21,181 bases of DNA from Thermoproteus sp. (GTDB taxonomy: Archaea > Thermoproteota > Thermoprotei > Thermoproteales > Thermoproteaceae): the NCBI GenBank assembly GCA_049976425.1, contig JBMFIG010000023.1, positions 1 through 21,181 of the forward strand, written 5' to 3'. The notes under the pieces were generated by a model. That model had not been told where the DNA came from. It made no database searches and worked only from the letters and a program-made list of their open reading frames with translations. This document shows, piece after piece, positions 8,023-16,120 of the stretch; the stretch's first letter is position 1, and the number at the start of each line of letters is the position of its first letter. A program made the translations under genes and the position numbers.

Positions 8023-8823
8023 GTGATAACGCTCAGGTCGGGCCAGACCGTGGCCGTCCTCCACGCGAGGGGCGCGTACCTGTCCTCGCTCAGACAAGGC
8101 GATAGGGATATAGTGCTTCCCGGCTCGGTCGATAGGCAGACGAGGGGCGGTATGGCGTTGCTCATACCCTTCGCCAATAGGGTCAAGGACGGCGTCTACG
8201 AGCTGGACGGGGTTTTCTACGAATTGCCCAAGAGCGCCGAGGGCCACGCGATACACGGCCTGGCCATGTCCATGGACTGGGCCTTGGCGGAACGCGGAGA
8301 CGACTTCGCCGAATTCCAGCTGGAGCTCTCCCATCCGGGCTACCCCTCGACCCTCTCGTGCGCAGTCCGCTACGAGCTGTCCGAGAGCTCCCTCTCGGTC
8401 TCGTTAAGCATCGTCAACGCGGGCCGGAGGAGGGCGCCTCTGGTCGTGGGCGCGCATCCGTACTTCGTCGTGTCGCGCCCGTGGAGGTTGAGGGCGGAGA
8501 ACCCGCTCAGATGCGTTGCTGTAGGCAAGATACCCACCGGCGAGCTCGTCCCGCACAGTTTCGGGGCAGAGGGCGACTACGACGACTGCTTCCTCGTCGA
8601 GGGCGATCCCGTGATTCTCGAGTCGCCGTATTCCGTGGTCGAGATGCGCAGACGGAATATGCCGTATATACAGGTATACACGGGCGTCGAGGGGGCAGTC
8701 GCGGTCGAGCCGATGTCGGGGGCGCCCGACGCCTACCACAACGGCATGGGGCTGAAGATATTGGGCCCGGGCGAGGCCGCCGAGTTCTCCTTCGAGATAT
8801 CCTTCAAGGCGCCTCGGGGTTGA
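8023..8823 (+). CDS. Aldose 1-epimerase (galactose mutarotase-like) family protein
   Basis: LIPFANRV, HAIHG, GAHPYF, YDDCF, QVYTG and AVEPM motifs; GTG start. Confidence 0.92.
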   Translation: MITLRSGQTVAVLHARGAYLSSLRQGDRDIVLPGSVDRQTRGGMALLIPFANRVKDGVYELDGVFYELPKSAEGHAIHGLAMSMDWALAERGDDFAEFQLELSHPGYPSTLSCAVRYELSESSLSVSLSIVNAGRRRAPLVVGAHPYFVVSRPWRLRAENPLRCVAVGKIPTGELVPHSFGAEGDYDDCFLVEGDPVILESPYSVVEMRRRNMPYIQVYTGVEGAVAVEPMSGAPDAYHNGMGLKILGPGEAAEFSFEISFKAPRG

Positions 8824-9829
8824 TGACGACCCTGCCCACGACCTCGCCTCTCCTAAGCCTTTCGAGCTCCTCGTTTATCTTGCTAAGCCCGACGACCCTA
8901 TCGACGACCACCTTTATCTTGCCCTCCGAGACCAGACGCACGGCCTCGATAAGCTCCTCTAGCGTATTCCCCACAGACGCCGTTATTACAGCCTCCTTCA
9001 CAACCAGATCCAGCGGGTTGGCCTCCAGCTTGTCGCGCCAATAGCCTATCAGGACCAGGCGCCCTCTATTGGCCAACATCTTGAGGGAATTATCCATGGT
9101 CTCCTTAACGCCCACCAGCTCGTACACCACGTCGACGCCGCGCCCGCCGGTTATCTCCAGGGCCTTCTTCACCACGTCCTCAGATCTGGCGTTTATGACG
9201 TAATCGGCGCCTAGCTCCCGAGCCAGCGCGAGCTTCCTCTCGGATCTGCCTATGGCTATTACCTTCGCGCCTATGAGTTTGTTGTACTGTATCAATGCGA
9301 AGCCCACGGCCCCCACGCCGTAGACGGCCACGTACTCGCCCACCTCCGGCCTCGCCCTTCTGGTGGCGTGTATGGCCGTCGTGACGCTACACCCTATAGG
9401 CGCGGCCTGCTCGAAGGGGATGTTGTCGGGGAGCTTCACGGCGTTCCTCGCAGGCACCTTCACGTACTCGGCGTACCCGCCGTCGGTTATGAACCCGTAC
9501 TCGGCTCTGGGGTTCTCGCAGAGGTTCTCCTCGCCTCTCAGACAGTACTTACATCTGCCGCACCCGACGTAGTAATACACGATCACCCTATCGCCCGGCT
9601 TGGGATCGTCGACGCCTGGGCCTACCTCCTCCACGACTCCGGCTATCTCGTGGCCCAACGTTATGGGCACAACTCCTAGATTGAGTATGCCGTCTAGGAA
9701 ATGCAGTTCGGTGTGGCAGACTCCGGCGGCCTTTATCTTAACGAGCACCTCGCCGGGCCCCGGGCTGGGCTTGGGCACTTCCTCGATCGCCAGAGGCTTT
9801 CCAGGCCCGTAGAACCTAGCCGCCCGCAT
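8804..9829 (-). CDS. Zn-dependent alcohol dehydrogenase (MDR family)
   Basis: GVCHTE, GHE-AG, structural Zn motif C-x2-C-x2-C-x7-C and GVGAVG Rossmann motif. Start 9829 (MRAARF) preferred over 9847 because TTATATA (9855-9849, minus strand) fits leaderless spacing. Confidence 0.92.
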   Translation of the reverse strand: MRAARFYGPGKPLAIEEVPKPSPGPGEVLVKIKAAGVCHTELHFLDGILNLGVVPITLGHEIAGVVEEVGPGVDDPKPGDRVIVYYYVGCGRCKYCLRGEENLCENPRAEYGFITDGGYAEYVKVPARNAVKLPDNIPFEQAAPIGCSVTTAIHATRRARPEVGEYVAVYGVGAVGFALIQYNKLIGAKVIAIGRSERKLALARELGADYVINARSEDVVKKALEITGGRGVDVVYELVGVKETMDNSLKMLANRGRLVLIGYWRDKLEANPLDLVVKEAVITASVGNTLEELIEAVRLVSEGKIKVVVDRVVGLSKINEELERLRRGEVVGRVVINPEAP

Positions 9830-9861
9830 ATAAATGGCTTTTCTCATCTATATAACCTTTT

Positions 9862-9916
9862 TATCAGATGGGTAGGGGTCCGCTCACCCCTCGCAGTAGG
9901 ACCACGTCATCACATA
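9862..9916 (-). ncRNA. Candidate box C/D sRNA (minus strand)
   Basis: Minus strand reads GTGATGA (C, 9913-9907), CGTGGTCCTACT, GCGA (D'), GGGG, TGAGCGG (degenerate C'), ACCCCTACCCAT, CTGA (D, 9867-9864). Both guides are 12 nt. Confidence 0.8.
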
Positions 9917-9937
9917 TATACCGGGATCCGCCTTTTT

Positions 9938-9991
9938 AACGTGATGAGGATCACCGCTCCCTATAGGTGACGAAGGTATGCAGCGCTGATC
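9938..9991 (+). ncRNA. Candidate box C/D sRNA (plus strand)
   Basis: GTGATGA (C, 9941-9947), GGATCACCGCTC, CCTA (degenerate D'), TAGG, TGACGA (C', 9968-9973), AGGTATGCAGCG, CTGA (D, 9986-9989). Confidence 0.82.
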
Positions 9992-10346
9992 AAGAGCCGC
10001 TCATCTTGCTCAACTTCTCGTATATATCAAGCAGAATAGAAAGAGTTCTCAACCTGTCGTAGAGCTCCTCGCCGTCGAGCCCGCCTATCTCTCTGCCCAG
10101 CGACAGAATCTTGTTGAAGACTATCTGCCTCACCTCCTTTAGGCTGTAGAGCTCCGAGATCTTCTGGGCCTCCTCCTCCGACTTGACGACCACGACGGTC
10201 CTCTCGCAGTTGGCGCAGTAATACTCGCCGGTCTTTAGCCTGACGAGCACCGTGCCGCACGCCGGGCATGTATACGACGTCAGAGTGGCGCCGGCCCTCA
10301 CGAGTTCGGCGATCCTCTTCACCACGAGATCCCTCTTACTGCTCAT
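9990..10346 (-). CDS. UPF0148 / Sjogren's syndrome-scleroderma autoantigen 1 family Zn-ribbon protein
   Basis: IAELVRAGATLTSYTCPACGT-L...YYCANC motif; start at MSSKRD (10346). Confidence 0.85.
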   Translation of the reverse strand: MSSKRDLVVKRIAELVRAGATLTSYTCPACGTVLVRLKTGEYYCANCERTVVVVKSEEEAQKISELYSLKEVRQIVFNKILSLGREIGGLDGEELYDRLRTLSILLDIYEKLSKMSGS

Positions 10347-10370
10347 ATACCGCACAGATCGTGTGTATAT

Positions 10371-11051
10371 ATGAAGTTGAGGGAGGCTCTCGCGTTGGCT
10401 ATAGGCGGCGATTTGGCCCACTTGGCTGAAGTTGCAAGACAGCTATCCTCGCTAGGCGTAAGGGTGGAGCTGGGCGGCGGCGTCATGTGGGGACCCGCAC
10501 GCCTTCTAGGCAAGGGCAATAACGGGGTCGTCGTCTTCTGCAGATCCACACACGGCGACATATACGCGTGTAAAATTAGGAGGGGAGATGCCCAGAGGCC
10601 GCATCTGCTCGACGAAGCTCGCTATCTCCAGATCGCAAATGGAGTTGGCGTAGGTCCCAAGCTCTACGCATACACTAGAGACGTGTTGGTTATGGAGTAT
10701 GTGGAGGGCACGCCCGTCGCGGATTGGTGGGGGGCCGCTGGGGCTGAGGAGAGGGCCAGGTTTGTGGCCGATCTGCTCAGACAGGCGCGGGCTCTGGATC
10801 TGGCAGGTATCTCCCACGGCGAGCTTTCCAGGCCGGGGAAACACGTGCTCGTAGCGGGAGGCGGGAGAGCTGTCATCCTCGATTTCGAGTCGGCGCGGCC
10901 CGGGGCGCAGAACGTGACCCAGGCCGCAAACCTGTTGCGGGCGTTGGGCCTCACGCCGCCTCTGGAGGCCCTTAGGAGATATGCCGAGCGACGCGATGAC
11001 TCGGCCTTCAACGAACTGTTGTCATCTCTTCTCGGCCAGCTCAAGCGATAG
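10371..11051 (+). CDS. Atypical archaeal Ser/Thr protein kinase (Rio/Bud32-related, COG2112-like)
   Basis: LLGKGNNGVV, ACKIRR, VMEYVEG, HGEL-x4-H and ILDFESA motifs. Confidence 0.85.
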   Translation: MKLREALALAIGGDLAHLAEVARQLSSLGVRVELGGGVMWGPARLLGKGNNGVVVFCRSTHGDIYACKIRRGDAQRPHLLDEARYLQIANGVGVGPKLYAYTRDVLVMEYVEGTPVADWWGAAGAEERARFVADLLRQARALDLAGISHGELSRPGKHVLVAGGGRAVILDFESARPGAQNVTQAANLLRALGLTPPLEALRRYAERRDDSAFNELLSSLLGQLKR

Positions 11052-11540
11052 CTTCCATACCTTATCGCCGAGGTAATGGGCGTTGTAGATCACCTTGCCG
11101 CGATCCATGGCCTCTAGCTCGCCCCGCGGATATAGGGCTATGCCTATCGCTATGGCCCTCCTCTTCTCGTCGGATACCAAGACGGGGTCGCCCTTGCCGA
11201 AGTCGCCCTCGATGGACCTTATCCCCGGCCTCATGACGTCCGCGCCGTTGAGTATGTGTTTTACGGCTCCTGCATCGACTAGAACTAACGGGTACAGCGA
11301 GAGCGCCTTCTGGCCCAGCGGAGTTTTGTGTATTAAGTATAGCGTAGGCAGAAAGATCTCGCCTATATTGGCGATCTGGGTCTTCAGAAGCGCCGGCTGT
11401 GAATCCGCTACATAGATGGCGCGTCCCCCCTCGATCTCCACAACCTCTACCGCGTCAGCATCTCTGATGAGCTCGCCGGCTCTGCCCAAGCTGTTGATGA
11501 GCTCCTTAATCTCCTTGTTGCTAAGCCTCACGCGCCTCAC
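11022..11540 (-). CDS. PUA-domain RNA-binding protein (MCT-1/Tma20-like, DUF1947)
   Basis: LSNKEIK, PTL, VDAGAVKHILNGADVMRPGI and GKVIYNAHYLGD-W motifs. Confidence 0.9.
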   Translation of the reverse strand: MRRVRLSNKEIKELINSLGRAGELIRDADAVEVVEIEGGRAIYVADSQPALLKTQIANIGEIFLPTLYLIHKTPLGQKALSLYPLVLVDAGAVKHILNGADVMRPGIRSIEGDFGKGDPVLVSDEKRRAIAIGIALYPRGELEAMDRGKVIYNAHYLGDKVWKLSLELAEKR

Positions 11541-11573
11541 GTAGTTGAGGGAAGGCCCTCGGATAAATAGCTT

Positions 11574-11628
11574 TCTCGGCCCATGAATGGATCATCAGGG
11601 ATCAGGCTTGCCGGGTACTCCCCACCGC
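11574..11628 (-). ncRNA. Box C/D sRNA, predicted dual guide for 23S rRNA helix 70-71 region
   Basis: Minus strand: degenerate C GTGGGGA (11625-11619), GTACCCGGCAAGC, CTGA (D', 11605-11602), TCCC, TGATGA (C', 11597-11592), TCCATTCATGGG, CCGA (D, 11579-11576). Guides complement CUUGCCGGGUA and CAUGAAUGGA, adjacent segments of crenarchaeal 23S as recalled. BRE/TATA GAAAAA-TATATAAG lies at 11660-11647. Confidence 0.85.
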
Positions 11629-11677
11629 TATAATACGCCTTTAAGCCTTATATATTTTTCACAACTACCTTATCACA

Positions 11678-12430
11678 GTGCAGGAGAAGTTGCTCAGCGC
11701 TACCTTAAGCATAGTGAGGCAACACGGAGTAGATCTATTCATAGATATCTCTAGGCCATATGCGTACACCATGGTCGTGGAGCACGAAGGGAAGAAAATC
11801 TTGCTCAAGGTGGTCCCCAACGCAGATGAGGTCCCCACCGGAGCCCTTCGCGATGTTAAGCTGCTTTCCGAGCTCCTCGACGTCCCTGCTATCGGCGTAG
11901 CCTCCTCCGCTAGAGGCAGTGTATTGAGGGAGGGCGTCGTCTATAGGCGCGACAACGTCAACTTCGTGTCCTTAGCCACTCTCGCCAAGGCGTTCAGAGG
12001 CGATATGCCCATGTTCCTCCAGATCAGGGGGAAGCGCTACGCCCTCGTTGACGGCGAGGCCTTGCGGGACCGTAGGGAGGAGGCCGGCCTCAGCCTGAGT
12101 GCCTTATCTGAGATGTTGTCGGTGTCTAGGGAGACCGTGTATAGATATGAACGGGGGGATATGGGAGTTCCTGAGGAGGCCGCAACCACGTTGGCTAGGT
12201 TTTTCGGGACGGACATATTCAAGCGGATAAATCTGTTCACCTCGATTAAGGCAGATTCTATAGACAAGGCGAGCAGGTCCATGGGCGCCAACGCCTACAA
12301 GCTGGAGCAGTCGCATCCCAACGGGATAGCCTACGACGAGCGGCCTATATTCATAGTAAAGAGCGAGGAGAGGCGCGAGAAGGCTGAGGCCCTCGCCGAC
12401 ATATTCGGCGCCGAGGTCGTGAGAGGGTGA
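11678..12430 (+). CDS. Cro/C1-type HTH transcriptional regulator (COG1395-like)
   Basis: GEALRDRREEAGLSLSALSEMLSVSRETVYRYERG HTH plus the GVVYRR motif typical of this archaeal family. Confidence 0.85.
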   Translation: MQEKLLSATLSIVRQHGVDLFIDISRPYAYTMVVEHEGKKILLKVVPNADEVPTGALRDVKLLSELLDVPAIGVASSARGSVLREGVVYRRDNVNFVSLATLAKAFRGDMPMFLQIRGKRYALVDGEALRDRREEAGLSLSALSEMLSVSRETVYRYERGDMGVPEEAATTLARFFGTDIFKRINLFTSIKADSIDKASRSMGANAYKLEQSHPNGIAYDERPIFIVKSEERREKAEALADIFGAEVVRG

Positions 12431-13512
12431 GCTTCGTCCTCCTCGAGGAGGGAAAGGCCCGGTTCTGGGCGCCCGATCCGGCCAAATACGCAGACCCGGC
12501 CAATGCCCCTGTGTTCTACAACAGATATATGGCTAGGAATAGGTATATATCGATCCTCGTGCTCGATGCTTTTTCGCGCATCGAGGGCAGGAAGCTAGAC
12601 GTGTGCGAGCCCCTCAGCGCCACCGGCATACGCGGGATAAGATACGCCTTGGAGACAAACGCCGTCGGCAGGCTCGTGCTCAACGACATATCCAAAGCCG
12701 CCGTGGAGGTGATAAGGAAGAACCTAGAGCTCAACGGCGTGTCGGCCGAGGTATACAACGAGGACGCCTCGATATTGTTGAGGCGGCTAAGGGGCGAGTG
12801 CGACGTGGTGGACCTAGACCCTTTCGGTTCCCCCGCACCGTTCGCGGAGTCCGCCTTCCAGGCGATTAGGGACGGCGGGCTTCTCTGCGCCACGGCCACC
12901 GACACTGCTGTGCTCGTGGGCAACTATAGGGAGAAGGCGTTGAGGAGGTACGGCGTGAGGCTTTCCAAGACGCCGTTCTACGTCGAGGTGGGCCTCAGAG
13001 CATTGTTGAGCTTCTTAGCAAGAGCCGCGGCGGCCAACGACTTCGCTCTCGAGCCCCTGATAGCGTACTGGGAGAGGCACTACTTTAGGTTCTGCGGCAA
13101 GGTCGTGAAGGGCGCTAGGGATGCCTCGGACTCGCTCCGTAAGCTGGCCTACCTAGAGATCCGGAGGGGGTACAGGCTCGTCTCGGGGGCTGGGAAGCCG
13201 TCGTCCATCGGGCCGCTTTGGGTTGGGGAGCTCGGCGACGCGGCCTTTGTATCTGAGCTCGCCGAAAGGGCCGAGGAGGAGGGAGCCAAGTGGTTGTTGA
13301 GTACTTTGGCTCTCGAGTACTCCGTGTCGAGGCCCTGGTATTATTTAACACACGAGCTGGGCGATCTGAAGATAGGCGTGTCGGAGCTGGTGCGGCGGCT
13401 TGGCGAATATGGTATACACGCCGCGCCGACCCATATGTCTCCTCAAGGCTTTAAGGCGGAGGCAGACTACGGAGAACTTTTAATATTGGCTCAGAGGCTG
13501 GGGCGGTGGTAG
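12427..13512 (+). CDS. trm1: tRNA (guanine26-N2)-dimethyltransferase
   Basis: VFYN-M-NR, PLSATGIRGIRY, DLDPFGSPAPF, TATD, EVGLR, GPLWVG and TH-SP-GFK motifs. Confidence 0.95.
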   Translation: MSFVLLEEGKARFWAPDPAKYADPANAPVFYNRYMARNRYISILVLDAFSRIEGRKLDVCEPLSATGIRGIRYALETNAVGRLVLNDISKAAVEVIRKNLELNGVSAEVYNEDASILLRRLRGECDVVDLDPFGSPAPFAESAFQAIRDGGLLCATATDTAVLVGNYREKALRRYGVRLSKTPFYVEVGLRALLSFLARAAAANDFALEPLIAYWERHYFRFCGKVVKGARDASDSLRKLAYLEIRRGYRLVSGAGKPSSIGPLWVGELGDAAFVSELAERAEEEGAKWLLSTLALEYSVSRPWYYLTHELGDLKIGVSELVRRLGEYGIHAAPTHMSPQGFKAEADYGELLILAQRLGRW

Positions 13513-14018
13513 CGGTCGGCATCGCCGGCTTGCCGGGAAGCGGAAAGACGTTAATTACATCGTTATTCGTCAAACGTGGCTTTAAGCCGTACACCATGGG
13601 CGACATCATAAGGAGCTATGCTGAGAGGAGGGGCGTGACTCCCGATGAGGCGGCTGTGTTGATAAGGCTCGAGGGCGGCATGAGAGCGGTCGTGCGGGGG
13701 CTCGGCTTGGGGAGAGACGACAGGGTGGTGATAGATGGTTTGAGAAGCCCCGAGGAGGCCGAGGCCTTGGAGGAGATCCTCGGACGTCTGTTCCTCGTCT
13801 ATGTCGTGGCTTCTCGGCAGACTCGCTTGAGGCGGCTCGCCTCTAGAGGGAGAGAGGACGACCCAGCCACGTATGCCCAATTCGCCATGCGCGACTACAG
13901 GGAGATGAAGCTCGGGGTGACCGCGTTGCTCATGAGGGCCGACGCGATAATCGTGAACGAGGACAAAAGCGTCGAGGAGCTAGAGGCGGAGGTCGACACG
14001 ATAGTGAGGAGGTTATGA
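13506..14018 (+). CDS. UPF0200 P-loop kinase (dephospho-CoA kinase-like)
   Basis: GLPGSGKT Walker A, MGDIIR, VVIDGLRS-EE, R-R-R-DD and RD-RE-KLG motifs. Confidence 0.85.
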   Translation: MVAVGIAGLPGSGKTLITSLFVKRGFKPYTMGDIIRSYAERRGVTPDEAAVLIRLEGGMRAVVRGLGLGRDDRVVIDGLRSPEEAEALEEILGRLFLVYVVASRQTRLRRLASRGREDDPATYAQFAMRDYREMKLGVTALLMRADAIIVNEDKSVEELEAEVDTIVRRL

Positions 14019-14446
14019 AGGTGGAGGTCATAGCCGAGATAAGGCCCACGGAGGATCCCGAGAAGGTGAGGCGCGCTGTCCTTAACGTCTTTGAGCCGGA
14101 CGAGGTCGAGGTGAGGCGCGAGGGCGACACGACGTTGTTGGTGGCTAGAGGGCATAGCTATAGATCCCTCCTGAAGCTCAAGGAGGCCATATGGCGCCAG
14201 GGCATTCAAGACTCGGCGCGTTCGGTGCTCTCCAGATCCATAGCTGGCGAGGGGAGGATCGTCTTCAACCTACATAAACAAGCCGCGTACGTCGGCGTCG
14301 TCTCCTTCGCCACGGAGCCCAACGAGTCCCCCTTAGGCCCCATAGTCTTCTCGGTCGAGACGTCTGACGTCAGGGGTTTCCTCGACTGGATAGCGCCGCG
14401 GACCTACAAGGGGCGGATCTTCTACGAGGGGCCGCCGCCCGATTGA
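14015..14446 (+). CDS. UPF0201 (DUF54) putative RNA-binding protein
   Basis: PTEDPEKV-RAV-N, IQDSAR, LHKQAAYVG and SPLGPI motifs; ATGA overlap with the upstream gene. Confidence 0.9.
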   Translation: MKVEVIAEIRPTEDPEKVRRAVLNVFEPDEVEVRREGDTTLLVARGHSYRSLLKLKEAIWRQGIQDSARSVLSRSIAGEGRIVFNLHKQAAYVGVVSFATEPNESPLGPIVFSVETSDVRGFLDWIAPRTYKGRIFYEGPPPD

Positions 14447-15102
14447 GCAATTATTATAACCCTGTATAGGCCTCCGTGGACGTACATGGCACAGCTACGG
14501 AGTTGAGGCACATCGAAATATATGGGTATGGCCAATACTATGCGGCCCCTCACCACAGACATCGCCTCGTCTAGAAACTGCCTTATGAGACCCTCGACGT
14601 CTCCTTCGACCACCGACATCCTACCATACGGGGCGTCCCCCACGGCTGCGTCAAACGCCTTTCTGAGCGGCAACATGCGCGAGTCTGCTTGTACGAGATC
14701 CGCCGACGTGTTGGCCGCGGCTCTCCTCAGCATATCGGCGTCTATATCGATGCCGACCACGTAGGCTCCGTATCTTTCAGCCTCAGCGGCCACCGCGCCT
14801 GATCCTATGAAGGGTTCCAGAACCTTTGACAGCCGCCTAGACATTGCCAGATTCGCCAATAATCGCGCCGTGAAGGCATCCATGGTCACCGTACTCCTCT
14901 TCTGTATTTGCACCGGCTTATCCCTAGACGCCTCAAGGGGTCTGGCAAACGCGGCTCTCTTGGCCACAGCGCAATCGGGGCAATCCAATACCACCACGGA
15001 ATCCTCCTCGAGGATATTGCAGCCGTGGGACTTAGCCAACGAGGCTAGCTCCTCTCTAGACAGGCAAGGATATCGCTTATTTAATGACAGACGGCAACGC
15101 AC
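14422..15102 (-). CDS. Trm11/TrmG10-like SAM-dependent RNA methyltransferase (short)
   Basis: ARLLANLA, EPFIGSG, GIDID, DAPYGR and YVHGGLYR motifs. Start codon uncertain. Confidence 0.75.
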   Translation of the reverse strand: MRCRLSLNKRYPCLSREELASLAKSHGCNILEEDSVVVLDCPDCAVAKRAAFARPLEASRDKPVQIQKRSTVTMDAFTARLLANLAMSRRLSKVLEPFIGSGAVAAEAERYGAYVVGIDIDADMLRRAAANTSADLVQADSRMLPLRKAFDAAVGDAPYGRMSVVEGDVEGLIRQFLDEAMSVVRGRIVLAIPIYFDVPQLRSCAMYVHGGLYRVIIIAQSGGGPS

Positions 15103-16120
15103 GCGATAACGCCAACGCTATTATTATCCCCAAGATCGTAGTTGCTGAGAATAGCAAGACCCCCTCGAAGAAGGCCCTCACGTCGAGAGATCCCCCGACC
15201 GTCCCAACGATGGGGGGCATGATGAAGTAGAAGAACGAGAACACCAACGCCGCTAGTATAAACACGCTCCGCGAGATGCGTTGCGTCCTCAAGAAGCCCT
15301 CTATGGCGTAGCTGGCTATCGGCACTACGAGGACGACGGCGGGTATAAGGCCATTGTATTGTATAGACAAGCTCTGAGGCACCTTTATTCCGAGATATCC
15401 CGAGAGGGCCAATATGAAGTAAACTGTTACCGCGAAGAGGGATACTACGGAGACCGCGAAGGTGACCTCGTATTTCCTAAGTATGGCCTTCAAGAAATCA
15501 TATACACCAAATCCATACATCATCAATAAAAATAATAGAAATAATACACCAAGCTCCAAAATATATGAAATTATTTGAATATTTATAAATATTGAGAGAG
15601 CGTATAGGAATAGGAGGAAGGAGGGAATGCCGACGGTATATCTTCTGTACTCGGGCTCCTTCACCGCCTTGGTCAAGTAATACCTTATTAGGGACACGGT
15701 CTCCTCGACGGATCTAGACTGCTTCACTATAACCCTCTCCACCGATATCACAGGTCTGCGCGTCTGGACCGCCATTACGGCCGCTTCGTCTGAGGGGCCG
15801 TCCGACACGAAATATATAGCGTCGGCGTCGAAGGACGTAAGGACTTGCCCAAGCTCGTCGAGGACAACCATATTGGCCATCCTCTCGTCGGGAGAGCCGC
15901 AGACCACGGCCACCTCCACGTTGCCCTTGCCCAGCTTCTCCTCGAGGCTGTCGTAGATCTTAACCGCGGCAAATATAGCGTTGGCGTCAGAGTCGTCTGG
16001 GTGCCTAAGGATGTACTGTATGCCCAGGCGCAGTACGTTGTCTCTGCCTACTACCGGCGTGGCGATTCCGGCTTGTTTGAGGTCCCCATCACGATCGACA
16101 TAGAGAACAAGTACCCTCAC
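15077..16120 (-). CDS. DUF373 family membrane protein
   Basis: VDRDGD, TPVVGR, PDDSDANAIF, VSDGPSDE and RVIVKQS-S-E motifs followed by TM helices. Confidence 0.9.
   Translation of the reverse strand: MRVLVLYVDRDGDLKQAGIATPVVGRDNVLRLGIQYILRHPDDSDANAIFAAVKIYDSLEEKLGKGNVEVAVVCGSPDERMANMVVLDELGQVLTSFDADAIYFVSDGPSDEAAVMAVQTRRPVISVERVIVKQSRSVEETVSLIRYYLTKAVKEPEYRRYTVGIPSFLLFLYALSIFINIQIISYILELGVLFLLFLLMMYGFGVYDFLKAILRKYEVTFAVSVVSLFAVTVYFILALSGYLGIKVPQSLSIQYNGLIPAVVLVVPIASYAIEGFLRTQRISRSVFILAALVFSFFYFIMPPIVGTVGGSLDVRAFFEGVLLFSATTILGIIIALALSRALPSVIK

Noticed and set aside
7999-8334. N-terminal extensions in the ORF track (also 5551-5595 and 10347-10421)
   Set aside because: They overlap neighbouring real genes; downstream ATGs fit the family N-termini and overlap patterns better.
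11022-11051. Convergent gene overlaps (also 8804-8823, 14422-14446 and 18833-18844)
   Set aside because: Short 3' overlaps are common in compact Thermoproteales genomes; no special signal.
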